The notes under the pieces: model-generated
The model's database searches: none
Told to the model about the DNA's origin: nothing
Seen by the model: only the letters and a program-made list of their open reading frames with translations
NCBI GenBank assembly: GCA_016186695.1
Contig: JACPLC010000001.1
Coordinates: 32,284 to 96,283, forward strand
Reading direction: 5' to 3'
Source: Candidatus Kaiserbacteria bacterium
Lineage (GTDB): Bacteria > Patescibacteriota > Minisyncoccia > Phycocordibacterales > UBA2100
DNA: 64,000 nt
Program-made: the position numbers and the translations under genes
Part shown: positions 10,021 to 18,502 of the stretch, piece by piece
Numbering within the stretch: the first letter of the stretch is position 1
How the letters are laid out: every line of letters begins with the position of its first letter

Positions 10021-10254
10021 ATGAAGAGCAAGCTCACCGTTTTTCTTGAAGAATTTGGCCATGCAGCGGCGTATGGTCTTGTGAACCTTGGCTCGCTTCG
10101 CGAGAGAAAGTCTACTCCCGGATACCACTCAGCTGGAGCCGAGCAAGGGGTTGCACGGCTCTTTCGGGATCGAGAACGTCACATCGATTCCAGCAGCCCT
10201 AGGAGTCAAATGGACTTATCGTTGCCAGACGACGATCGCTTTGCCTGGGGTTGA
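10021..10254 (+). CDS. small hypothetical protein
   Basis: GGAGG upstream of ATG; no motif. Confidence 0.4.
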   Translation: MKSKLTVFLEEFGHAAAYGLVNLGSLRERKSTPGYHSAGAEQGVARLFRDRERHIDSSSPRSQMDLSLPDDDRFAWG

Positions 10255-10320
10255 CCCAAGCGGCGATCGAAAACGAAAAGGCCGCCCCGATTGGCGGCCT
10301 TTACACATCGCACCTCGAGC

Positions 10321-10623
10321 TCACTTCTCTCGAGGTGGTGTCAGGGCTTCGAAGCTCGCGGAAAGGAAATCCTGGACTCCTTTCGCGATCATGCAATCTT
10401 TTTCGTCGGAAGTTCTTCCACAAGTCTTTCGCATATCCTCGTTTCTGATCACGAGATCGTGGAGGATTCGCTTGCATGTATCGGATCTCTCCTCCACGCA
10501 TCCCCGAAGCAATTTCGATGCGTTGACTATGTATTTGCCGTCAAAGAACGGCGTAAGCTCTTGGGCGCTCGCACGGCTGCATAGTGCCACCGCAATCCCT
10601 AACAGTACTGCTGTTCTGCGCAT
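10321..10623 (-). CDS. secreted hypothetical protein
   Basis: Signal-peptide-like N-terminus; 4 Cys in the mature part. Confidence 0.6.
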   Translation of the reverse strand: MRRTAVLLGIAVALCSRASAQELTPFFDGKYIVNASKLLRGCVEERSDTCKRILHDLVIRNEDMRKTCGRTSDEKDCMIAKGVQDFLSASFEALTPPREK

Positions 10624-10692
10624 TTTGCGCTCTCCCCTATACAGATGGACCAGAATTCCACCCAGATTATAAGCACACTCCGATAACGAACG

Positions 10693-10935
10693 CTATATGA
10701 GTCCAGCGGCTTTCAAAGTCTGAAAGGCACCGCGCTTTTTCATCGTCTTCAGGCCTTTGGCCGAGACGGTGATGGTGATTTTTTTGCCGAGCTCGGGAAT
10801 AAAGAGGGTTTTCTTCTGGAGATTCACTTGCCGGCGCCGCGCTCCTGTGGGGTTGAATTTTGTCGCACGTGTGCGATTAGAATAGCCACCTCCTACACGA
10901 GATCTTTTACCTGTTATTACACATGTTCTCGCCAT
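10693..10935 (-). CDS. rpmB: 50S ribosomal protein L28
   Basis: MARTCVITGK...RRQVNLQKKTLFIPELG...VSAKGLKT. Confidence 0.93.
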   Translation of the reverse strand: MARTCVITGKRSRVGGGYSNRTRATKFNPTGARRRQVNLQKKTLFIPELGKKITITVSAKGLKTMKKRGAFQTLKAAGLI

Positions 10936-10956
10936 ACTTTTTTATTGGTCCGTTAT

Positions 10957-10992
10957 GCCTGCCCCGTTAGAAGCGCGAGCTTTCTAATGGGG
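10957..10992. repeat. intergenic REP-like palindrome, CTGCCCCGTT(A/G)GAAGCG family
   Basis: Near-identical copies at 17522-17560 and 30988-31022. Confidence 0.8.
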
Positions 10993-11057
10993 ACGCATTC
11001 TCGTGCCATAATGAGCGTGCACTGTAGCACGCGCAATTGCAAAGTGCAAAATCCAAA

Positions 11058-11429
11058 ATGCAAAATGACAAAGAAAAATTTAAAAAGGAATTTATCGGTC
11101 GACTTATATCGCTGACCGTTCGGGTACTACGGTTTGCCACGAAACTACGTACTGATAAAAACCTGTGGTCCGTCGCAGACCAGCTTATCCGATGTACAGG
11201 TTCTATTGGCGCGAACGTGGTGGAGGCGAAAGGGTCAGGCAGTACGAAGGATTACACGAGATTCTTTGAGATAGCACTCAAATCAGCTAATGAAACAAAG
11301 TATTGGCTGGTCGTTGTACGTGAATACTCTGCGGAGCTTCGAGCTGAGGCGAATTCCATTCTGGACGAGGTTGATCAAGTTGCGAAGATAATTGGTTCCA
11401 GCGTTCTCACGCTGAAGGGAAAAAGGTGA
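11058..11429 (+). CDS. four helix bundle protein (23S rRNA IVS protein-like family)
   Basis: DQLIRCTGSIGANVVEA...FFEIALKSANETKYWL; flanked by inverted heptamer arrays. Confidence 0.9.
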   Translation: MQNDKEKFKKEFIGRLISLTVRVLRFATKLRTDKNLWSVADQLIRCTGSIGANVVEAKGSGSTKDYTRFFEIALKSANETKYWLVVVREYSAELRAEANSILDEVDQVAKIIGSSVLTLKGKR

Positions 11430-11490
11430 TCTTTTTGTTTTTACATTACATTTTGGCTTTTGGTCTTTACATTTTGGTATAATTCTCCTT

Positions 11491-12114
11491 ATGCAACTCA
11501 TTGATGCCGTTTTCGTCATCGCGATAATTATTTTTTCTGCCGTGATTCACGAGGTGATGCACGGTGTTGCGGCAGATCGTCTTGGCGACCCGACGGCGCG
11601 TCTGCAGGGCCGTCTCACGCTGAATCCCATTCCGCACCTCGATCCGTTCGGAAGCATCTTGCTTCCGATTATCCTCGCACTCACCAACTCGCCGATATTT
11701 TTCGGCTGGGCAAAACCCGTGCCCTACAATCCCTACAATCTCCGCCCCGGCAGATTTTCGGAAGCGATAGTCGCGGGCGCGGGCCCCGCGGCAAATCTTG
11801 CGATCGCGATTCTCGGCGGCATCGTCATCCGCTCGGGAGCCGTAAGCGGATTGGAGCCAGTACTCTTTCTCATCGTTGTTATCAACGTGATGCTCTTCCT
11901 CTTCAACCTTATTCCGATCCCTCCGCTCGACGGCTCGAAGGTTCTTGAAGGACTTTTGCCCCGAGCCTTGTCGAGGGGCTACTCGGAGTGGAGAACGCGC
12001 ATGGAGTACAACCCTTTCCTCGGCATGGGTATCGTCATACTCATTATCATTTTTCTCGGCGGAGCATTCAGCACCTTTGTCTACTCATTCGCGCACGCGA
12101 TCGCGGGGATGTAG
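11491..12114 (+). CDS. site-2 protease, peptidase M50
   Basis: HEVMHG and NLIPIPPLDG motifs. Confidence 0.93.
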   Translation: MQLIDAVFVIAIIIFSAVIHEVMHGVAADRLGDPTARLQGRLTLNPIPHLDPFGSILLPIILALTNSPIFFGWAKPVPYNPYNLRPGRFSEAIVAGAGPAANLAIAILGGIVIRSGAVSGLEPVLFLIVVINVMLFLFNLIPIPPLDGSKVLEGLLPRALSRGYSEWRTRMEYNPFLGMGIVILIIIFLGGAFSTFVYSFAHAIAGM

Positions 12115-12168
12115 CGACTAGTACACACCGAGAAACAAAGTGTCTGCCGAAAATGGTAGGCTGAATGT

Positions 12169-13224
12169 ATGAAAAGGAGGCGACGCAAACCGGAATTTTT
12201 TCCGTTGTCGCGCCCGCGGAATCTCGCTCTCGCCGTCTCGATTCTCATTATTGGAGGGTTGGCGGTTGCTGGTGTGGCAGAGACATCGCGAGTGGGTCAG
12301 TACTCCGCCGCATCTGCGAAGTCGGGTACGTGCGAGCCACGATACAAACAATGCACGCAGGATCCGTACAAGGATCCCTACACGTGCGAGCTCGAGTTCC
12401 AACGATGCGTTCTGGAAGAGAAAAAGTGTTCCCAAAAGATAAATCTTGGGAAGGACAACTACCGATGCAACGACAACGCAGATTGCCAGATTCACTGCAC
12501 CGAGTCGTGGAAGAGCAACAACAAGTCCGGAACGCTTACCTGCTGCAAGGGAGACGCCAAGCACGTGAACAAGTGCAGAGACGAGGTAGACGGAAAGTGC
12601 ATTACCGGTCCGGGCAAGGGAACGCCAAAACAACCGAAGCCACCGGAGGGTCAGCAGAAAGGACAAGGCGAAGGAAAGGGCGGAATGCCCGAACTCCCAA
12701 AGCCGCCGCAGAAGCAGCCAAAGCCTGAGTCTCCATCGCAAGGGCAGCAAAACTGTCAACAAAATCCTTCAAGCCCCGAATGCAAGCAAGCACAGCAGCC
12801 GTTCTATTGTTCTATACCGGGCGCGTCGTACGTTTCTTCCAACTGTTCGGCGGGCGCAGAGACCGTCCAGCGGACGGCAGACGGCGATAAGGTCGAAGAT
12901 GAGCTTGCCAATTTCGCAAAAGCACCCGAAGACCAGACGCTCGTTACCACCGAACCTTCGCTGAGACCCTCGTCTCCTTCGCCACTGCCGATCGATTCAC
13001 GCTTGGAGGGTGAGGAGCGGCGTTTGCAAACAGCGCAGCCTCCTGAATCAGAAGCAGCGCCACCGCCGGCGGGCACGTACGTGCCTCAGGAGTTCAGTGG
13101 TTTTAACGCACCGTCTCCTGCAGCTGTGTCCGATGTGCCGCAGGCGGAGAAAGCAGTTGCATGGTGGAGTCTTGAGGGTCTCAAAAATGGTCTCCGCAGG
13201 TTACTTGATTTCTTGCCGGGGTAG
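12169..13224 (+). CDS. secreted/membrane-anchored Cys-rich, Pro/Gln-rich hypothetical protein
   Basis: N-terminal TM helix; Cys-rich domain; low-complexity linker; amphipathic C-terminal helix. Confidence 0.7.
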   Translation: MKRRRRKPEFFPLSRPRNLALAVSILIIGGLAVAGVAETSRVGQYSAASAKSGTCEPRYKQCTQDPYKDPYTCELEFQRCVLEEKKCSQKINLGKDNYRCNDNADCQIHCTESWKSNNKSGTLTCCKGDAKHVNKCRDEVDGKCITGPGKGTPKQPKPPEGQQKGQGEGKGGMPELPKPPQKQPKPESPSQGQQNCQQNPSSPECKQAQQPFYCSIPGASYVSSNCSAGAETVQRTADGDKVEDELANFAKAPEDQTLVTTEPSLRPSSPSPLPIDSRLEGEERRLQTAQPPESEAAPPPAGTYVPQEFSGFNAPSPAAVSDVPQAEKAVAWWSLEGLKNGLRRLLDFLPG

Positions 13225-13336
13225 AATTTTCATGTCGGAACGTTGCGTCAACTATGTATATATAGTACATTTCCCCTGCGCGCACAGCGCGCATTTGTTT
13301 ACCAGTGACTAGTTACTAGTTGCTAGTAGCTAAACT

Positions 13337-13753
13337 ATGGCAACGATAAATCAGCTCGTGAAGAAAGGGCGCTCGAAGAAGACGTGGCGCACGAAGACCA
13401 TCGCACTTTCGCGCGGTTTCAACACGCTCAAGAACCGCCCGACGCATTTCTACTCACCGTTCAAGCGGGGAGTGTGCACGCGCGTCACGACGAAAACTCC
13501 TCGCAAGCCCAACTCTGCCATTCGAAAGATCGCGCGCGTGCGTCTTTCCAACGGCATGGAGATCACCGCCTACATTCCGGGTGAGGGTCACAATCTGCAG
13601 GAACACTCACTCGTATTGGTGCGCGGCGGTCGTGTGAAAGACATCGGCCTTCGCTACACCATCGTACGCGGCAAGCTTGATACGACGGGAATCGAAAAGC
13701 GCCGCCGTGGCCGCTCGCTCTATGGCGCAAAGCGTCCAAAGGGTGAAAAGTAA
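13337..13753 (+). CDS. rpsL: 30S ribosomal protein S12
   Basis: [41 protein letters not shown]. Confidence 0.98.
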   Translation: MATINQLVKKGRSKKTWRTKTIALSRGFNTLKNRPTHFYSPFKRGVCTRVTTKTPRKPNSAIRKIARVRLSNGMEITAYIPGEGHNLQEHSLVLVRGGRVKDIGLRYTIVRGKLDTTGIEKRRRGRSLYGAKRPKGEK

Positions 13754-13758
13754 TTCCA

Positions 13759-13797
13759 CTACTGACTACTTTCTACTAACTACTTACTACTCACTAT
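13759..13797. repeat. heptamer tandem array (CTACTNN x5) abutting the rpsG start
   Basis: ctactga ctacttt ctactaa ctactta ctactca ctATG. Confidence 0.8.
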
Positions 13798-14257
13798 GCG
13801 CCGTCCTATCAAACGTAAGCATCTTCCGCAGCCGGACGAAGTCTACGGCTCCGTGAAAGTTTCGAAACTCATCAACTACGTGATGGAGCGCGGCAAAAAA
13901 GATACGGCGCGAAAGATCGTCTACAAGGTTATGGACGAATTGAAAAAGGAGGGGGACCCTGTCGCTATCCTCGAAGATGCGCTCGAAAAGGCTTCACCCA
14001 CTGTCGAAGTGCGCTCGCGCCGCGTCGGCGGCGCCAACTATCAGGTGCCGCGCGAGGTAAATCCAAACAGGAAGCTCGCGCTCGGATTACGATGGATCGT
14101 GGAAGCTGCCGAAGGCACGAAAGGAAAGCCGATGGCAGAGAGTCTTTTGAATGAGATAAAAGCTGCACACAAAGGCGAAGGTGTAGCTGTCACCAAGAAA
14201 GAAACGACTCATCGAATGGCGGAAGCCAACAAAGCGTTTGCACATTTTGCTTGGTAA
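13796..14257 (+). CDS. rpsG: 30S ribosomal protein S7
   Basis: EVRSRRVGGANYQVP; HRMAEANKAFAHF. Confidence 0.98.
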   Translation: MRRPIKRKHLPQPDEVYGSVKVSKLINYVMERGKKDTARKIVYKVMDELKKEGDPVAILEDALEKASPTVEVRSRRVGGANYQVPREVNPNRKLALGLRWIVEAAEGTKGKPMAESLLNEIKAAHKGEGVAVTKKETTHRMAEANKAFAHFAW

Positions 14258-14354
14258 TTCGCGAAGCGAATTACCTTGAGCACCGTCGAAGGATATATCT
14301 CGCGCGAGTGTGTATAAGCACGCGCGAGCGCTTCCCGTGCTTTACAATAGATGA

Positions 14355-14897
14355 GTGAAGCGGTACGTAATAGAAGAGTCGCCGTTCTCGTACTTTTTTA
14401 CTGCTGATACACGGAGTTCGTGGCTCTGGCTCGCTGCGCGTCTTTACTTGGGGTGGCAGTGGCTTGAAGCCGGATGGGGGAAATTCAACAACCCGAAATG
14501 GATTGGCGACGAGGCCGGCGCAGGTATGCTCGGATTCGTCGAGCGCGCGCTCACGAAAACCGAGGGCGCGCATCCCGACGTGCAGTGGTGGTACGCATGG
14601 TTTCTTCAACATCTCGTTCAGCCCTATCCGGAGGTCTGGGCATACATGATTACCTTCGGAGAAATACTGGTCGGCATCGCGCTCATCGCGGGATTCCTCG
14701 TCGGTATTGCGGCGTTTTTCGGTGTTTTTATGAATCTCAACTTCATGCTGGCCGGCACGGTGAGCGTCAACCCCATCATGGCCGTGCTTGCGATAGGCAT
14801 AATTCTCGCGTGGCGTGTCGCCGGCTACATCGGTCTCGACCGCTATGTGCTTCCGCTCCTCCACCGCTACTTCCGCCCGACGATGCGGGCAGGATAA
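14355..14897 (+). CDS. DoxX family membrane protein
   Basis: RLYLGWQWLEAGWGK, GEILVGIALIAG, NFMLAGTVSVNP, GLDRY. Confidence 0.85.
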   Translation: MKRYVIEESPFSYFFTADTRSSWLWLAARLYLGWQWLEAGWGKFNNPKWIGDEAGAGMLGFVERALTKTEGAHPDVQWWYAWFLQHLVQPYPEVWAYMITFGEILVGIALIAGFLVGIAAFFGVFMNLNFMLAGTVSVNPIMAVLAIGIILAWRVAGYIGLDRYVLPLLHRYFRPTMRAG

Positions 14898-14995
14898 CAT
14901 TTCGAGCAACCTTTCGTTTACCGTGAGTGTCGTCGAAAGGCGCATTTCGCCCAGCAATAATTAATGAAGGCAAAATAATCCACCCCCTGCCGTAT

Positions 14996-15397
14996 TTAGG
15001 TTCGGTAAGGGTGGTTTGTCAGTACACGCTCGTGATCACGATAAGCGAGGCGGTGAGCGGTCGTGCGGCACACAGCTTCCTTATCAAGGGGGGCGGGAAC
15101 GCGACGGCTTTGCCTTTGCCCAACCCTCATCTTTTCCGTGTACTTTTGGTGGAATTTGAGAGTCCACCTTAAAAGCAACGCGGACATGAGAGTCGACCAG
15201 AAAATGCCATACAACGTAATGTAGAGGAATAGCTGACTCAGCTGGGACCCGTCGCCATAAACGACGAGTTGGATGGCCCGCGCCCAGAGACCGATCGCAA
15301 GCAAAACAAGCAACAAGAGAGGCCTGTTCGCCACAAGACATCGCAGGTAGATCATGGTGTTCTCCCACACTGTGCGACTGACGCGAATAATACGCAT
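14996..15397 (-). CDS. hypothetical membrane protein
   Basis: Two hydrophobic segments; fills the gap upstream of fusA. Confidence 0.5.
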   Translation of the reverse strand: MRIIRVSRTVWENTMIYLRCLVANRPLLLLVLLAIGLWARAIQLVVYGDGSQLSQLFLYITLYGIFWSTLMSALLLRWTLKFHQKYTEKMRVGQRQSRRVPAPLDKEAVCRTTAHRLAYRDHERVLTNHPYRT

Positions 15398-15481
15398 GTT
15401 GCATTTCTCTGCAAATAGTTGCTTTTTTCTCGTTTTCCGCTACATTATTGAGGCGCCCATTGCGGCGTTTTTGTTTAAAAC

Positions 15482-17516
15482 ATGGCACGAGATTACCCAC
15501 TAGAGAAAGTAAGGAACTTCGGCATTATCGCGCACATCGATGCGGGCAAAACGACCACGTCGGAGCGCATCCTTTTTTATACGGGAATGTCCCACAAAAT
15601 CGGCGAGGTGCACGAGGGCGACACGGTGACCGACTGGATGGAGCAGGAGCGCGAGCGCGGCATCACGATTACCGCCGCGGCCATCACGTGTTTCTGGAAC
15701 CCGACGTATATGGGTACTGACACCTCGTACAAACACCGCTTCAATATTATTGATACTCCCGGCCACATCGACTTCACGAGTGAGGTAAAACGCTCGATGC
15801 GCGTCTTGGATGGCGCAGTCGTGGTCTTCGACGGCGTTGCGGGCGTCGAGCCGCAGTCTGAAACCAACTGGCGCTACGCGGAAGAAGCGAATGTGCCGCG
15901 CATCTGCTATATCAACAAGCTCGATCGCACCGGCGCATCATTTGAAAAATCATTCGCGAGTATTTTGGAGCGACTTTCGACGAAGGCCGTGCGGTTGCAA
16001 ATTCCCGTCGGCGCCGAAGGAGATTTTTCCGGTGTCGTTGATCTTCTCTCGATGAAGGCATACAAATTTGAGGGTGAGATGGGCAAAGAGGTGATTGCCT
16101 ACGATGTTCCGGAGAATATCAAAGCCGAGGCCGCAAAGTATCGTGCCGAGCTTGTCGAGCGCATTGTCGAAAACGACGATGCAGTGATGAATGACTTTTT
16201 GGAAGGTAAGGAAATTCCTCTCGAGACGCTGAAGAAAACGCTTCGTAAGGGAGTGATCGAGAATAAAATTTTCCCTGTGCTTACGGGGCGCAGAAGAAAC
16301 ACGCCCCGCATCCGATGAGGCCCCGTTCGCGGCACTTGTATTCAAGATCCAGACCGACCCGTTCGTCGGCCAGTTGTCCTTCTTTCGCGTATATTCCGGT
16401 TCGTTCACAGCCGGTGACACCGTCTACAATTCTGCGAATAATAAAAAGGAACGTGTCGGCCGCATCGTGCGATTGCAGGCGGACAAGCGCGAAGACGTGA
16501 AGACGGTCTATGCAGGAGAGATAGCCGCAGCTGTCGGCATGAAAGAAGTAAAGATCGGCCACACGCTCTGCGACGTCGCACATCCAATCGCGCTTGAGAG
16601 CATCGTCTTTCCGGAGCCGGTCGTTTCGATGCGCATCGAACCAAACACAAAAGCCGATCAGGAGAAAATGGGCATGGCACTCTCCAAACTTTCCGACGAG
16701 GATCCGACATTCCGCATCAAGTCGGATCCGGAGACGGGTGAGACGATCGTTTCCGGCATGGGCGAATTGCACCTCGAGATCATCGTCGATCGTATGAAGC
16801 GCGAGTTTGGTGTGCAGGCGACGACCGGCAAGCCCCAAGTCGCCTATCGCGAGACTATTCAAGGGTCGGCGGATGTGGAATACAAACACATCAAACAGAC
16901 GGGGGGCAGGGGTCAGTACGGCCATGTCAAGATCCGCATCAAGCCGCTTGAACCGGTGGATCCGGAAAAGAAAGTGAAAAACAACGTCGATCGCGAAGAT
17001 CACTTCGAGTTCATCAACAACATCAAAGGAGGCGCGATCCCTCAGGAGTACATTCAGCCGGTGAAGAAAGGACTCATCGAGGCGATGGAGCGCGGTATAC
17101 AGGCAGGATTCCCTGTCGTCGACATTTCTGTCGATCTCTACGACGGAAGCTACCACGACGTCGACTCGTCCGAGATCGCGTTCAAACTCGCAGCCATCAA
17201 CGCAATGCAAGAGGCGATGCAGAAAGCAAAGCCCGTGATCCTCGAACCTATTATGAAATTGGAAGTCGTCGTGCCGGAGAAATTCATGGGTGATGTGACG
17301 GGCATGATAAACAGCAAGCGAGGGAGCATAGAGGCGATGGGGGAACGCGGGCAGGCGCGCGTCGTTACCGCGAAAGTCCCGCTCTCTGAACTTTTCGGGT
17401 TCACCACACAGCTCCGCTCACTCACCGAAGGCCGTGGTGTGCCGAACGTCGAGTTCTCCCATTACGCTGTCGTACCTCGGAATGTTCAAGACGACATAAT
17501 TGCCTCCAGAAAGTAA
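15482..17516 (+). pseudogene. fusA: elongation factor G, disrupted as given (about 35-codon deletion plus frameshift near 16287)
   Basis: 5' part has [14 protein letters not shown] and NKLD up to FPVLTG. It continues in another frame as [28 protein letters not shown] through domains II-V. The SAxKNKGVQ...DYLPSP segment is missing. Confidence 0.9.
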
Positions 17517-17521
17517 GCAAC

Positions 17522-17560
17522 GCCTGCCCCGTTGGAAGCGCGAAGCGCTTTCCTGCGGGG
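17522..17560. repeat. intergenic REP-like palindrome (same family as 10957 and 30988)
   Basis: GCCTGCCCCGTTGGAAGCGCGAAGCGCTTTCCTGCGGGG. Confidence 0.8.
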
Positions 17561-17600
17561 TCATTGTCACGAGAAAGTAATCAAAGGTTATACTAAGGAC

Positions 17601-18347
17601 ATGAGCGAATCGGACGGTGAAGGGCCCAAAGGTCCCGACAGGAAAAACATTCGCTCGATAGTGGATAAAATCCAGCGCAAAAAGGATGATAAGAAAAGAA
17701 CCGACGATTTAGAGTGGCGCGTGTACAACAGAGATACAGTGGATTATCAAAAGTTTAAGGATCCCGAGCGAATTCGCCGTAAACAACTTGACGCAAAAGC
17801 AAGTACTATGCTCGATACGTTGCGAGCAGACCCTGCAGGTTCAATCGAAAGTGCTATCGTTGCATTGAGTGATCTGCAAACGCAGAAAGTTCCACCGAAC
17901 TACGATACTCTCGTTGAAAGTTTGACGCATGAACAGTGTGTTCGAGAACCCGACAAGGCGCGCGCGATTTTGGACGGATATTTTAAGAGTCTTGATGAAC
18001 TTGCTGCTCGAATAACGGATGAAAAAAGTGCCGAAGATGATATCACGGACCGTTTTTCTCCGAAGGGTCTGACACCGGATGAATGGGCGCGCCGGGCAGC
18101 GAGTTTGCTGGACGAGGAAAAGGCAAGAAAGTCGCGAGATGAACTTGGATTTTCTCACCCGTCGGAGCGGACGAGCTTCGAGAAGCAACTAGAGAGCCAG
18201 ATGCAATACGCTCGTCTCGACAAGACGGAGAGTGTTGTTGGTCGCGTCCGGTCCTATAGCCTCAATGAGTGGGGCCCGCATGCGTCGTACCTTCTCGCAG
18301 TGATACTCGAATACAGGAAAAGACGAGGTCTGACAGTAGAAAAGTAA
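17601..18347 (+). CDS. hypothetical protein
   Basis: 248-aa charged, helical-looking ORF. Confidence 0.65.
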   Translation: MSESDGEGPKGPDRKNIRSIVDKIQRKKDDKKRTDDLEWRVYNRDTVDYQKFKDPERIRRKQLDAKASTMLDTLRADPAGSIESAIVALSDLQTQKVPPNYDTLVESLTHEQCVREPDKARAILDGYFKSLDELAARITDEKSAEDDITDRFSPKGLTPDEWARRAASLLDEEKARKSRDELGFSHPSERTSFEKQLESQMQYARLDKTESVVGRVRSYSLNEWGPHASYLLAVILEYRKRRGLTVEK

Positions 18348-18502
18348 TTCCGCGTATCCCCAAAAGGCGGAAAATGCCTATAGACAAACGGGAAAAATGT
18401 GCCACGATTGAGACATTATCGGAGGCCAACCGTCGATAAGACTTCTTTGGGCCCAGCACTCTCTCTGGTCATCCCTGAAGGGGGCTTTTTTAATTTAAAA
18501 AT

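Noticed and set aside
11058-11429. Diversity-generating retroelement Avd
   Set aside because: No reverse transcriptase and no template/variable repeat pair seen in the window.
13301-13797. Short repeats as a CRISPR array
   Set aside because: 7-nt tandem units with no spacers, and no cas genes in the window.
16281-16320. Programmed frameshift or bypass as the explanation for the fusA break
   Set aside because: About 35 conserved codons are physically absent; recoding could not restore them.
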